In this document: piece after piece, positions 9,384 through 21,526 of the stretch
Layout: each line of letters opens with the position of its first letter
Numbering within the stretch: position 1 is the stretch's first letter
Assembly (NCBI GenBank): GCA_977017575.1
Contig: CDRNVI010000190.1
Span: 1-64,000 of the forward strand
Direction: 5' to 3'
From: Paramoeba atlantica
Taxonomy: Eukaryota > Protista > Discosea
Length of the DNA stretch: 64,000 bases
Notes under the pieces: model-generated
Databases searched by the model: none
What the model was told of the DNA's origin: nothing
The model's input: the letters and a program-made list of their open reading frames with translations, nothing else
Position numbers and translations under genes: made by a program

Positions 9384-12114
9384 TCAATCATCCCATTCAT
9401 CCTCCAAAGATGGGATACTATTCGAAGGAAAAATTGTTAATACAACATCGGAAGAGCATATTCTCTGCAAAAAAAAAAATACCCTTCATCATCATGACCA
9501 CCACTTGTTTTCTGGACTTCAGGTTGATCTGTTCAAAGTAATGTTATGTGAGAAACACATAAGGGAAAGCCATTGAAAACAAAGAAGAGATTTACCAAAA
9601 GCTTTTCGACGAAGAGTGAGCTTGGTAATGAGATCTCCAAACAAGTTTCCTATGGAGAGGAGAGTTTAGTCACATTCAAGAAATATGGAAAGAAAGATCA
9701 ATCAAGACCAGGGCTAGCAGCAGCAGAAGATGATTTTGATTCAGCTTTCTTCGCTTCAGCTTTCGCCGATGGTTTTCTGTCCCCACAAATTGATGAGTTC
9801 ACTCTTACTTACCAAAGAAAAAAAAAGTTTAAAAATCCAACCTGTCTTTGGCTGCGCGAAGTCGCCCCGCGTGACCTTTTCGAATATCAGCCAACAAACC
9901 ACCTCTCCCTCCGCTCTCCTGTAACAAAATAACTCTCAACACAAGAAGAAAGGGGATGAATAAAAAGAAAAGAAGGAAAAGAGAATACAGCAGGTTCACT
10001 CGCAGGGGCTGGAGTTGGGGGTGCACCAGCTGCTGGGGGTGGTGGTGGAGCTGCTGAAGGTGGGGGAGGAGGAGGTGGTGCATTGGATGATGGAGGTGGT
10101 GGAGGTGGAGGTGCATTTGACGATGGTGGAGGAGGAGGTGGTGCTGCCGCAGATTCTGGTGGTGGGGGAGGTGCGGTTGCTGAATAGGATAACAATGAAC
10201 AATGAAGAAAATGGAGGTGGGAAGTTAGAAAATATTTTTTTAAATCGTGAAAAGGGAGAAGAAAAAAGAACCAGAAGCATCAGGATTCAAACTGAAAGAT
10301 GAATCTGAAGAAAGATCTCCTTCAAAATTAGTTGGAAGTTCTAAAGGAATAAAAGGGTGGTGATTAAAAAAACAACAATTTCAAAGAGAAAAGAATGTGA
10401 CAAAAAAAAGAGAAACCAGGGTAATTGGAAGATGGAGCAATAGATGAAAAATCAGATCCTTGAAAGGTAACATCAGCCACCAATAATCTGCAAAAAAAAA
10501 AAAAAATTCAGCAAAAATAGCACTCGCGAACTCAAAAAAGAAAAAAAAATTGAACTCTGGAAGATTGTCGGGGAGGTCAAAAGCAGGAAGCTCATCCGCA
10601 AGCAATTTTGGTTGATAGCCAACATCATTATCTAACCAAAAATTACTTTCAATAAGAGTGCAAAAATAAAACCACCAAAAAGAATTTAAAGAATAAAAAC
10701 AAAACCTTTTAAATCAGAGAGAGCGTAAACTTCAGGGTTGATAAAAGATTCAGGTCCTTCGCTCAGGGTTACATTTTCTGCGGGGTTTGATTTTTCTGGG
10801 CCTTCTACTCCCGCCAAATTATCCAGGGTCAAATATACTAAGAAAAATCTCAATAAATAGAAAAAGATATGTGAAAGAAAAAAAGTGTAAAGCAACACAC
10901 AATAGAGGGGAACACAAAATAGAGAAGAGAGAAATAGCTTACATTTGTAGGGATTATCTTTTGTATTAAAAAGAAGGAGATTTCCAACTGAGGACATATT
11001 CTATGAAAATAGAATTCAGAGAAGAGAGGAATGAGAGAGAAAAAACCAAAAAAAAAAAAAACATCTGGGAGACGACCAAGACCTTCCCATTCCAAGTCTT
11101 CTACGTCAGCAAGATCACTATTTGTATTCAAGAATTAATTGAGTTTTTTGGTCCAAAACTTTCAGAAAATCTTTTTTTCACAAACATGTGTTTCTTTTCA
11201 AAATTGAGGTTAATTCCTTTGGCAACAGGATCAACCCCATCACCAATTGGCAATTTTTGTAATTTCTGATGAGGGGGGAAAAAGGAAAGATGAGAGGGAA
11301 AGAAAGATTCAAAATTGGAAAGAGAAAAATACCAAATTTTCCTTGATTTCAAAGGGAGAAACTTGAATAGGTTTTCTTTTTCCATCAAAAAGAGCCTTTC
11401 CATTCATAATGTCCACGTTCCCTTTTTTTTGAAAAAAAAAAAAGAAATAAATTATTGGAATTCAGATTCCAGAAAGAAAACGAAATTTAAAAATACCTGG
11501 GTATTTAGCAGCAGAATGGACAACAGTTGCCTTGTTCATGAAACTTTTTCGAACATGTTCCACTAAAAGAGAATAACAAATCAGTTCACTCTAAACAGTT
11601 TGTCTTCTCGGTCTTTTGTTTGTAGCAGCAAACCTTTTGCATCAGCATCAGCGATCCTTTGATTCAATTCATGTAAACGATTTTGTTTTTCATCAACCTA
11701 ATCATACAAAAGAAAATTTTCATTCCATTCATAACTTTGGAAAGGTTTCTTTTCAATTGATTTCCTTTTTTCAAAACCAAATCTCTTGAAGAGCAAAAAA
11801 AGTAACTAACCTGAGAAGAAATTCGAGTAAAAATTTCATCAATCGTCTGATTCAGATTCATCAAAGAATCAGTAATTTGGAAATAGGCTTCTTGGGGTCT
11901 TAATCCCTATTTGTCATGAGAGATTTTGAGCAAATAAAAAAAAAAATTGTTTCTTTCTCAATTCCAAAAAAAAAAAATAAGGAACCAAAGAAAGAAGGGT
12001 TGTTCCATGAGGTCGGTCTGGAAGCTGTTTTCAAGAGTTTAATCAAAAAAAAGGTCAGAAAAAGGCACGAAAAGTCATGAAAAATACCAAGACATCACTC
12101 CCACCACCAGGCAT
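9384..12114 (-). CDS. WASHC1: WASH complex subunit 1 (WAHD, proline-rich, WH2, C, A), multi-exon; start approximate
   Basis: Exon peptides GLRPQEAYFQITDSL, KATVVHSAAKYP, SSVGNLLLFNTKDNPYK, LPAFDLPDNLPE, poly-Pro, WH2 GRGGLLADIRKG, C region GNLFGDLITKLTLRRKAFG and terminal acidic EDEWDD* (stop at 9384). Confidence 0.9.
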
Positions 12115-12412
12115 TTTTTTTTTTCAAGAAAGAGAAAAAAACAAAAAACAAAAAAAGAAAAGAGAAAGAGAAAGAGAAAGAGAAAAACGAAAAACAAATT
12201 CTTCTTCCTGTTTTTTTTCAGTGATTTCTTTTGTCTTAAATCGATTTTTCGAAGCAACTTTTATTCTCCTAACAAATAATTCACGGAATCTTATTTTCTC
12301 GCTTTTTTTTCACACCCATTTTTCCCCAACAAAAAGTTTTTCAAACCCACTTTTTTTTATTCGAAAACTTTTCTTTTTTGTCTTCTCTGTTTCTTCTTTT
12401 TCTGTTGGTAAG

Positions 12413-13079
12413 ATGAGTTCCTCTCAAGCTCCTTTTGTTTATCTCCAAAGAAGGGAGACATTCAGCTCCTCTCACAGGTTTTCTTCTTTCCATAAAAATG
12501 TTTTATAGAATCTTTTTTAATTTTTTTTGATTTTTGAACTTGTTGGGCGTAGATTGCACAGTTTTGATCTTTCAGAAGAAGAAAACAAAAAAATCTTTGG
12601 AAAATGTAACAATCCAAACGGACATGGTCACAACTACACCCTTCTAGTAACAGTTGCTGGTCGTGTCAACAAAACAACTGGAAGTTCTTTTTCTTTTTCT
12701 TTTTCTTTTCTTTCTCATCTCAAACTTTTTCTTATTTTTTCTTTTTTCTTTTTTCTTTTTTGTTCTCAAAAGTGGTAATCAATCTGTCGGACTTGAAAGT
12801 GATTCTCCAAGAGAAAGTTCTCTCTCTTGTTGATCACAAAAATTTAGATTTAGATGTTCCTTACTTCAAAGAAGGTTCTTTCATCTCTTCTCTTGTTTTC
12901 TCCCCATTTTTTCAATCTCTGATGATCGAATCGTAGGAAAAATCCCTTCAACAACAGAAAATTTGGCTGTTTTCATCTGGAATGAACTTTATCCAACTCT
13001 CTCTGATTGCTTATACGAAGTAAAAATTCATGAAACAGAGAACAACGTTGTTGTTTATCGTGGTCAGCTTCAAGAATGA
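12413..13079 (+). CDS. PTS: 6-pyruvoyl-tetrahydropterin synthase, 4 exons
   Basis: [32 protein letters not shown] and IHETENN. Catalytic Cys, His and Glu residues are present. Confidence 0.95.
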
Positions 13080-13218
13080 TCAACATTCTTTCAAGAAGTT
13101 CGAAGGTTCTTTTTGTGTGTGTGGTTCTGTGGTTTGAGTTTCAATTCAAAAGTATTTTTGTGTTGGGTGTATCTTGAGTCTTTTCATTGTTTTTTTTTTT
13201 CTTTATTTTTTTGTTAAT

Positions 13219-15089
13219 TCATTGATTTAGAAGAACCCCCTCTTCCTGAACTCCCTCTAGCTTTCTCTCTGGACCCAAAATACTTTTACTTAACACACAA
13301 TTACTAATCACCGCATTATTGCAGATAATACAGTTGGTAATTGAAGTCTTTTGCCCCTCTAATACAACACCATCCATCACCAAGGAGTTGATAATCTTCA
13401 CTTTTGAGCCTATTCGACAATTTGACCCAATAACTGATCGTCGAATTGTAACATCATCTCCAACTTCAGTTTCATCCCCCACAACTGACTCAGCTCCAAT
13501 TTGAACTTTTGTTCCAAGAACCACATTCTCCCCAATAAATGTCTTCTGTTCGGTCAAGCTCCCAACAGGCCGAAAGAAAGTCGATGATAGATGCGCAAAA
13601 TCTCTGTTGATATCCACCAAGTCCTGGATTGTCTTGACTTGGCCAATGTATCCATCTGTGTTTCGCCCAACGACACGAGCAAAGCATTTTACCCCTTTTT
13701 GATCCCCGAGATCCTCTCCTGTTTTCTCGTGATGGAGAATGTCTTGCAGAAACGCATCTGTATCTGTAATTGTTCCCAATCCACTTTTATGGAACGAAGG
13801 GGATGTAAATTGCCTTTTTACAATCTAAAAAGGAAAAGAAGATTTAAAAAATGTGAGAGAAAGAGAGACCAGCAAAAAAAAAAAAGAGGAAAAAATCGAA
13901 ACTTGAGGGAGAAGTTCTGTTTGAAAAGTCCTTTGAGTTAGCTTTTCGTTCTCTGAATCGATAAAATCTAAGACTCTATGACCACAAATGTAGACAATTG
14001 AATCGACCAATCGATGATAAACTTAAAGAAGGAGGAGGGGAGGTCAGTTTTTGAAGAAAGGAAGAAGGAAAAGAAAAAAGAAAAGAGAAACTTGTCAGAT
14101 TGGGGAATCGCCGTAACATTACTTTTGAAACTGGAACCCGAAGAGATCCAAAATCATCACCAACAGAAGCTTCTGATGGAACAGCAACCAAAAGACGATG
14201 TCGATCTAACCCTAAAATAGTTTGTGTTATATTTTTTGTTCAAAACATTAATTTGTGGAGTCAGAAAAATATTTTTTTTTTGAAATAGAAAGGGAATGAA
14301 AAGTTGAAGAGGAAGGACAAAATACCTATATAATGACTAACTGGTGTTGTAACAGACATAAAAGGCATTTTTAGTTGATCAAAAGACCATTGCTGCTGTT
14401 GTTGTTGTCTTTTTTTTTGTTGCTGCTGTTGAGCCGCCTTCTTTTTCTCTGCTTCTTTTTCTTTTAACTGTTGGGCCACTGTCTGTTGTGGTCGAATAAA
14501 AAGGCAAGACAAGAGAGATGAATGAGTCCGATGTAAATCAACCAAAGAGTGAAGGAGACTCGGATCGAGAAGCACATCCCAATTCAAGATAATAAAGTCA
14601 TTCTGAATTTTTCCTCGAATCTCTCGAAGCGCATCAGTTGCGTAGTAGTGTCTTGGAACAGCCACAACCTCGACATTTAATCTTGTATTTTCTTTTTCAT
14701 TCTGTTCTTCTTTTCCGCTCCCTTCCTCTTTCTTTTTCTGATCCCCAAAATGCAAGTCCACAAAAGTTCGAATGGAAGGAAGAGACCATTCATGAGTGAC
14801 AATAATCACATCCTCAAGCCCAACAGCACGTAAAAGAGAAAGTTGGTGGTAGATAAGAGGTTTTCCTCCGACTGGCAACAAACATTCCGGAATCTTTCCA
14901 TCACAAAGAGAGCTCAATCGTGTTTGCTTCAAATGTGCGTCTCCTTTATTTTGTATGAAACAATTCCAGGTTAAAAGAGAGAGAGAGAGAGACTCAAAAA
15001 AAAAAAAAAAAAGACTGGCCCAAACCTCCTTCTTCAGTTGTCCCAAGACCCATCTCTGATGAGAAGAGAACCACCTTGAGAGCAGCCAT
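13219..15089 (-). CDS. EIF2B3: Translation initiation factor eIF2B gamma subunit (pyrophosphorylase-like + LbH), multi-exon
   Basis: CLLPVGGKPLIYHQL, ATDALREIRGKIQNDFIIL and a C-terminal hexapeptide beta-helix (IRRSVIGSNCRIGSKVKIINSLVMDGV). Confidence 0.8.
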
Positions 15090-15320
15090 CACTCTTTCTC
15101 TTTCTCTCTTTCTCTCTTTCACCCTTTCTCGCTTTCAAAAAAAGAAAACGTTGGTGTCCCCTTGTTTGAAAGGGACACTTCTTTGGTCATTTTGACGAAA
15201 AGTGAAAGAAGCTTTCACAAACTTCTCTCTCTCTCTCTTTCTCCTCTCTTCGTTCTCGTTTGATCCTATTTTCGCATCTCTAGAGAACATCAAATTATCT
15301 CTTTTTCTTTTTTGTGAAAG

Positions 15321-17069
15321 ATGGATTATCTTTGCCCCCTCTGCTTTGACTCTTTGATCCCAAAAAAGAAACGACAGAATGAAATGGCACAGCTGGTCGG
15401 AAAAGAACAACCACAAATTGGGGCAATGGTACTTCAATGTGGCCACACTCTCTGTTCTCTTTGTGTTGATTCTCTTCTTCTTCAAGGGTCATTTGAAGTG
15501 AACGCTTGTCCCTTTTGTCTTCAGATTTCGTTTGCTGGTTTTCGTTTGAATTACGCGTTTTCTTCTTTGTTTGAGAAAGATCAGTGGGAAAGAAAGAAAC
15601 AAAAGAGAGGTCTAAGAGAAAAAGGAAGTGGTCTTGGTGGTCTTTGTGGTCTCTGTGGAGAAAAAGAAGGGACTATTTTATGTCTTCAATGTAAAGGAAG
15701 GAAGGGAGAGTATCAACAGCAATGTGTTCCGTGTTCATCTCTTCTTCATTCGTTCAAGAAGTTCCGACAACATCAACTATCATTTTTCTCTTCTTCCCCT
15801 TCTTCAGCTGTAACTTCTCATTTTTCATCTCTGTCTCTCTCTCCAACCTCTCACTCTTCATCTTCTTCGTCACCTTCGTCTTCTTTGTCTTTTCCCTCTT
15901 CCGAGTCCCCTGAAGTAATTCTGAAAAGATTAGTGAAATCAACAAAAGAAGAACCACAAAAAACACTCCCTCCACTCTCTCTTCTTGCACAACAAATCCT
16001 CTCTCTCCACAACAAAGGAAGTTTTGCTCTTTCATTTTCTCTAGCAACACAAGCAGCACTAGCAGACGGAGATGTTGCTGCTCTTCTCTCTCTTAATTTC
16101 AATGATGGGTTGGGAACACCTGTCGATAAAAGAGAAGGAGTAAGATGGGCAGGGCTTGCGGCAGAAACAGGGTCTCTCTTTGGGAAAGGAATCCACAATT
16201 ATTTGATCAAAGATGATCTTGTTGCTCTTGAAATTCTTCTTCCTTATGCTGTGGGTGGTCTGTCAACTGCACAGAGATGTGTTGGTTTCTTGTGGACGAT
16301 GATGAGGGGTCAAGGAATTTCTGACAAAGTAATTGACGATTTTAGTTTTGAGTTTGATAGAAGAGCAGCAAACCAAGGAGACCCCTCTGCGCTTAACAAT
16401 TTGGGAGTTAGTTATTATAAAGGGACTGGGACAGAAAAGAATCGAGAAGAAGCTTTTTCATGTTATTCTTTTGGAGCTTCGAAGCAATTTCCCAGAGCGA
16501 ATACTTGTGTAGCAGAATGTCTCGAGAGAGGTGAGGGGGTACACAAAGATCAAAAAAGACCGATTGTCTTCTTTCGAAGAGGCGCAGATACTGGCGATCT
16601 TGTCAGTCTTTATCGTTTTGGTGTCTGCCTCTACGAAGGAGATGGAGTCCCAAGACAAAAAAATTTAGGAATTCGATACCTTACAATTGCTGCAGAGAGG
16701 GAGTATGGTCCAGCATCCCTCTATCTCGGTTACATTTATTGTTATGCTTTTGAATTTGGAGGGGCTTCGAATCAAATTCGAGGTGTCGGATATCTTCGTG
16801 TTGCAGCAAGTTCAGGATCAGCAAATGCTTTTGAACTTCTTGCTCGTTGTTATCGACTTGGAGAGGGAGTAACCCAAAATTATGAGATTGCATATCAGAT
16901 GGCGTTGCGAGCTGTGGAGGCTGGTAGAGGCGATAAAGAGCTTGGCATATTGTTGTTAGAAGGAAAGGGCGTTCCTAAAGATCTTCAAAGAGCAAAAGCT
17001 CATCTCTCTCAAGCTGCTGAGGAAGGGGATGAAGAATGTTTTGAACTGTTACAAACGATCCCTGAATGA
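15321..17069 (+). CDS. RING-HC + B-box + SEL1-repeat protein (putative E3 ligase), intronless
   Basis: RING CPLC...CGHTLCSLC...CPFC. B-box CGLC..C..C...CVPC...H..FRQH. At least 6 SEL1-like repeats (ALNNLGVSYYKGTG, LYRFGVCLYEGDGV, ELLARCYRLGEGV). Confidence 0.85.
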   Translation: MDYLCPLCFDSLIPKKKRQNEMAQLVGKEQPQIGAMVLQCGHTLCSLCVDSLLLQGSFEVNACPFCLQISFAGFRLNYAFSSLFEKDQWERKKQKRGLREKGSGLGGLCGLCGEKEGTILCLQCKGRKGEYQQQCVPCSSLLHSFKKFRQHQLSFFSSSPSSAVTSHFSSLSLSPTSHSSSSSSPSSSLSFPSSESPEVILKRLVKSTKEEPQKTLPPLSLLAQQILSLHNKGSFALSFSLATQAALADGDVAALLSLNFNDGLGTPVDKREGVRWAGLAAETGSLFGKGIHNYLIKDDLVALEILLPYAVGGLSTAQRCVGFLWTMMRGQGISDKVIDDFSFEFDRRAANQGDPSALNNLGVSYYKGTGTEKNREEAFSCYSFGASKQFPRANTCVAECLERGEGVHKDQKRPIVFFRRGADTGDLVSLYRFGVCLYEGDGVPRQKNLGIRYLTIAAEREYGPASLYLGYIYCYAFEFGGASNQIRGVGYLRVAASSGSANAFELLARCYRLGEGVTQNYEIAYQMALRAVEAGRGDKELGILLLEGKGVPKDLQRAKAHLSQAAEEGDEECFELLQTIPE

Positions 17070-17236
17070 ATGAAGAAGAAGAAAAAAAGAGAGGGAAGGA
17101 ATTTGTAAAATTATTGTTGTAAAATCTTGGAATCAAAACAGTTTTATTAGCTGATAAGAAAAAAAAATATTATTTTGTCGTCTTGATAAAAGTAGACTTT
17201 TTTTTCCAATTTGATAAAACACCATTTTCCCTTGGT

Positions 17237-18795
17237 TCAAAATTTGAGAAAAGGAATCAAACGGCTGGTTGTTTGTTGATATTTTCGATACTCAGGATAC
17301 TTTCTTAAGGTGAGTTCCTCTGTGAAGTTTGTCGATCCTTGAAACAACAATGTGAGCAAGACAGCTCCAGTGATCGACCAATTGAACCACACGCCTGAAG
17401 AAAAATTATTAGGCAAAGAAAGAAAGAAACGGAAAGAAATACAGAATAGAAAAACCTGACGCAGCAACAGAAGATAAATAGACAGTCCACCAGATTGAAA
17501 TTTCACAAAAGAAATTAGGGTGTCGTGAATATCTAAAGAGTCCTTCTGTCAAAAATCCCTTTGCATAATCCCCTTTTAAGAATACAAACTGTGATGAGAA
17601 AGAAGGAAGTGGAATTATCAATTCAAAAAATAAGAATGTGAATCAACCTGTCAGTTTCTTCTTTTCTCTTCTCAATCGATATTTTTTATTCTGCAATAAA
17701 CCAAAAATTATTGATTAATCGAATAAAGATTCAACAGAGAAAAGAAAAAATACCTGAAAGACCCATTGTTGCTGATCGGCAATTGTCTCTCCAGCAAAGA
17801 AGAGACAAAAAAGACCAAACGCAATCCAATCAAGGACAAACATACGAGGGGATGATTGTCTTGCTTCATAACAGACTTGAAGAGGCAACACAATCAACAA
17901 TAACAACACATTTTGATAAAAAGCAATGAAAAAAATGTTGAAGATCTATTTGTTTTCCAATGTAAAGAAAGAGATTGGAAAGAGAAGATGGGAAGAGGAT
18001 AAAAAAGAAAAAGACATACTTGATAAACAATTGGGTTCATTCGTTTTCGAAGTTCCGGCCATCGATAATCTTCATCTTTCATATTATAACCTCCCTAAAA
18101 AAACAACAACAGAAAATCAGTTATTGTTTTCATTTCAGAAAAGATTGAAAGAAAATGAATCATTTTTTTGAAAATGGGAGAGAATATATCGAGACCTTAC
18201 GATAGAAGTTATAAGATAAACGAGCGCCCCAAAGGCAAATACCAAGAGTCCAAATCGAAATTCTTGAATTCTGGAAATGAATTGGCTTCAATTTTCGAAA
18301 AAAAAATGAAACTGGCAAGTCACTTTTTGAACCCAAACAAAAAAAAAACCTCAAGAAAATCAAAAAAACAATAAATGAGAGCATAAGTAGGTGGTAAAAT
18401 CGACCAAAGTCGATCAACTTGTGAGTAATTGTGTGTGATGACTGACACCAACCAACAAACGATTGCTGTTGTCAACCTAGAAAAGAGAGAGATGAATATG
18501 ATGAGAGAGATGAAGACAACATCACTTTTTTTTTGACACACTTAAAATATTGTTCTTTAGAGAATTGTTGGAGAAAAGAGAAAGGAAAATGGAAACGGAC
18601 ATTGTGGAAATGCATGTCTCGAATGGGGTTCGAGTTGAGAGTTGCGGACTCTCCCACAGATTCAAAATTTCATTTACTAAAAGAGAGGGAAAAAATATAT
18701 CAAAAAAAAGGGAGAGAAAGAAAAAAAAAAATGAAAAGAGAACATGGAGAATGCCAATCGGCTGAATCAAGAGAAGAACCAAACCAAGAACCCAT
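17237..18795 (-). CDS. DUF1295 / steroid 5-alpha-reductase-like membrane protein, multi-exon
   Basis: NYSQVDRLWSI, WGARLSYNFYRK, EDYRWPELR, ETIADQQQW, GLFRYSRHPNFFCE and EELTLRKYPEYRKYQQTTSRLIP. Confidence 0.88.
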
Positions 18796-18994
18796 TCTCT
18801 TCAAGAATCTCTTTCCTCTTTCTTCTTCTTTCCTCTTTTTTTTTTTGAAAAAATCTGTAAAGAATCTCAAAAGAAAAAAACAACAAAAAAGTCGTTTTTT
18901 GGTCTTTTTTCTTCCTTTTCTCTCTTTTCTCTTTTCTCTTTTCTTCTCTTCCTTCCCCTTTTCGTCTCTCGAAAAATTTGTATTCTCGAAGGCG

Positions 18995-20914
18995 ATGGTT
19001 CGAAAAAAGGGTGTCGAAAAAAAACAAAAAGGAACTCCTGTTCCTAGAAAATCAAGATACTCGATGAATGCTGAGGATATAGACGATGAAGTTGACAAAT
19101 TTACCGAACAAAGAAACAAAATCGGTTTCGACAGCGACGCTTCAGATGGAGAAGATGGGGAGGATGTTGGGGCCTTTGATCTCTCAGATGAAGATGATGT
19201 TGATGATGACGAGGGTGAATATGATGATGAAGATGATGATGATGAAATCGATTTTCGTTTTCGGGAAGAAGATGACGATGATGACTTTATGAAAAAAATT
19301 GATTCAAAAGACGTTGAAAATGTGATTCCAACAGGATGGGGAAAAAGTAAAAAGGGATATTATCTCGACTCATACGATGATGAAGTTGGTGATTCGAGTG
19401 AAGAAGAAATGGAAAAGGAAGAACTGGAAGAGGCAAAGCGACAACAAGCAAAGCTTTTTCGGACTTTTGATCGAACAGATTTTATCGATGATGAAGAAGA
19501 CCTCCCGTTGATGAACCAAAAACAACAAACAAAAATCGTAAAGGGGAAAAAGAAGAAAGAAGATTCAGAACTACTCGCCAATCTTGATCGAGATTTAGAA
19601 AAAGTCCAATTCGGGAAAAGTAAAGACGAAGAAGAAACAACAACAACTACAATCGATCCAGAACAAATTCTCCTCCTCGAAAAAAATATCGATCAGCTCC
19701 CAAGAGAAGAAAAACTTGAAATCTTAAAACAAGATTCCCCTGAGTTTATCGACTTAACTCGAGATTTTCGAAACAGTGTCGAAGAACTGCGAACAGTCAT
19801 CCTTCCCCTAATTGAGAAATTGAGAAAAACTCGAACACAGACAGCAAAGGGAATGAGCTATCTGGAACTGAAATATCACCTTCTTTTAAGTTATTGTACC
19901 AACATATCTTTTTATATGCTCCTTAAAGCAAGTGGTGAACGAGTTGAAGATCACCCGGTCATCAAACAACTGGTTCGAATTCGTGTGGTGTTAGAGAAAA
20001 TTCGACCTTTGGATCAAAAGTTGAAGTATCAGATCGATAAGCTTCTCAAAGCTGCCAACTCAACGGAACCTCTCATCGAGGAGTCAACATCTTCTTTGGT
20101 TGGCGAAGGGGGTGAGAGTGAATCTATTTCGAACCAAGGTCTTCATTACAAAGCCAACCCTTTAAATCTTGTTCTCGATTCAGCAGCAACATCTGGGGCT
20201 GGTGGCGATCAACAAACCTCTGATCAATCAATCTATCGTCCCCCTCGTTTAGCTGCTGTCCCTTATGAAGATGAAGGAGATATTGCGGAGCAAAAGAACA
20301 AAGAAAGAAGAAAGAAAAAAGTTGAAAAAAGTTCGATGATGAATTTTATTCGAGAGGAGTATGGAGATGAACCGTTGGAAATTCAAGATTTCTCTGGGAG
20401 TGGTATCGACACCTCTCGAACAAAAACGAAAGCATTTAAGGAAGAGGAAATGGAACGTCAACAATACGAGGAAGAGCGTTTTATTCGACTTCCTGTGACC
20501 AAGAAGGAGAAAAAAAAGAGAAAGGAGTTATCGAGTTTTTCCACAACAGAAGACGATTTTCTTGAAGACTTTAATGATATTGCTGATTTCGAACGCTTTG
20601 AGTCAAAAAAAACGAACAAGTCAGTTGCACAATATGCAGCAGAAGCTAACAGTCGTGGGAGTGGTGGTGGTGGTGGGAAGAAACGGGGTGGGGGAAGTTT
20701 TTCTTCTGGTGAACTCGATCTTCCTTATTCCTCTTCGGGAGAGAGGAGAAGAGGGGGTAGGGGTGGTGGTGGTGGTGGTGGGGGTGGTAGAGGTCGTGGT
20801 GGGGGTGGTAGAGGTCGAGGGGGTAGAGGTGGTAGAGGTGGTGGTGATGGTGGAAAAAGAAAACGACCAACAAGCTCCTCGAACTTCCAATCAAAAAGAA
20901 AAAAAAGGTTTTAA
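18995..20914 (+). CDS. SSU processome Sas10/Utp3/C1D-family protein; Sas10-like N-half, neuroguidin/Lcp5-like C-half, RGG tail
   Basis: GWGKSKKGYY, DSPEF and YLELKYHLLLSYCTNISFYMLLKA..HPVI, followed by LEKIRPLDQKLKYQIDKLL, YRPPRL and YEEERFIRLPVTKKEK. The track ORF's upstream 154 codons are probably not translated. Confidence 0.85.
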   Translation: MVRKKGVEKKQKGTPVPRKSRYSMNAEDIDDEVDKFTEQRNKIGFDSDASDGEDGEDVGAFDLSDEDDVDDDEGEYDDEDDDDEIDFRFREEDDDDDFMKKIDSKDVENVIPTGWGKSKKGYYLDSYDDEVGDSSEEEMEKEELEEAKRQQAKLFRTFDRTDFIDDEEDLPLMNQKQQTKIVKGKKKKEDSELLANLDRDLEKVQFGKSKDEEETTTTTIDPEQILLLEKNIDQLPREEKLEILKQDSPEFIDLTRDFRNSVEELRTVILPLIEKLRKTRTQTAKGMSYLELKYHLLLSYCTNISFYMLLKASGERVEDHPVIKQLVRIRVVLEKIRPLDQKLKYQIDKLLKAANSTEPLIEESTSSLVGEGGESESISNQGLHYKANPLNLVLDSAATSGAGGDQQTSDQSIYRPPRLAAVPYEDEGDIAEQKNKERRKKKVEKSSMMNFIREEYGDEPLEIQDFSGSGIDTSRTKTKAFKEEEMERQQYEEERFIRLPVTKKEKKKRKELSSFSTTEDDFLEDFNDIADFERFESKKTNKSVAQYAAEANSRGSGGGGGKKRGGGSFSSGELDLPYSSSGERRRGGRGGGGGGGGGRGRGGGGRGRGGRGGRGGGDGGKRKRPTSSSNFQSKRKKRF

Positions 20915-21109
20915 AAAAAAATAATAAAAGAAAAGTAATAATCAAATTGAAAATTGAAGAGAGGTCACAAAGGCGAGAAAACAAATTTGAAAAAATGAGA
21001 CAGAAAAATTGGGAGATGTTTTTTTTTTCAACCCACACACAGAACAAATGGAAAAAATATTTTTGAGTATTTTTTATTATTTTGGGGTAATTTTTGTTTG
21101 GGAATTTTC

Positions 21110-21526
21110 TTATCGGGCAGTGGAGAGGACCTGGGCGGTAACTTCCTCAAGAGCGATCTCGGAGAGGTCAGTGGCTTGGATTTCTTTTCCAATACCGACA
21201 AGCTTCTTCTTGACGGAGTCCTTGGTGGAGGTGATCAACATCTTTTGCTTGATCTTAGCGGAGTCTGGGGCCCAGACAACAAAGAGGATCTTGCTGCGCT
21301 CACCACCATCATCAGATTGGAAAGACAAATCGTAGATGGCATAACGGCAATCGTTCTTGGGAAGTTCAGCAACGAAGGTAGCGTAGTCGGGTTCGTTGGA
21401 GGTCTTCTCAACAATCACTTCCTCGAGGTTGTCAGAGATACGAAGAAGAGCGTACTTGTGCTTGTGGCCCATCTTGATCTCGTTGTAGACATTGACAACT
21501 TCATCAGTAACTTGGATTCCCGACAT
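21110..21526 (-). CDS. cofA: Cofilin / actin-depolymerising factor, intronless
   Basis: MSGIQV..., CRYAIYD and KILFVVWAPDSAKIKQKMLITSTK are the classic ADF-H signature. Confidence 0.96.
   Translation of the reverse strand: MSGIQVTDEVVNVYNEIKMGHKHKYALLRISDNLEEVIVEKTSNEPDYATFVAELPKNDCRYAIYDLSFQSDDGGERSKILFVVWAPDSAKIKQKMLITSTKDSVKKKLVGIGKEIQATDLSEIALEEVTAQVLSTAR

Noticed and set aside
9384-9780. WASH1 apparently ending at ...SPGLD* without C and A motifs
   Set aside because: Additional GT-AG introns restore GNLFGDLITKLTLRRKAFG and the terminal EDEWDD*.
18533-18994. 154-codon N-terminal extension of the Sas10-like ORF, and similar extensions at 1274-1522 and 57951-58616
   Set aside because: These are low-complexity K/F-rich open frames over promoters or the opposite-strand gene, starting at non-ATG or upstream codons. 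Homology begins at the downstream ATG.
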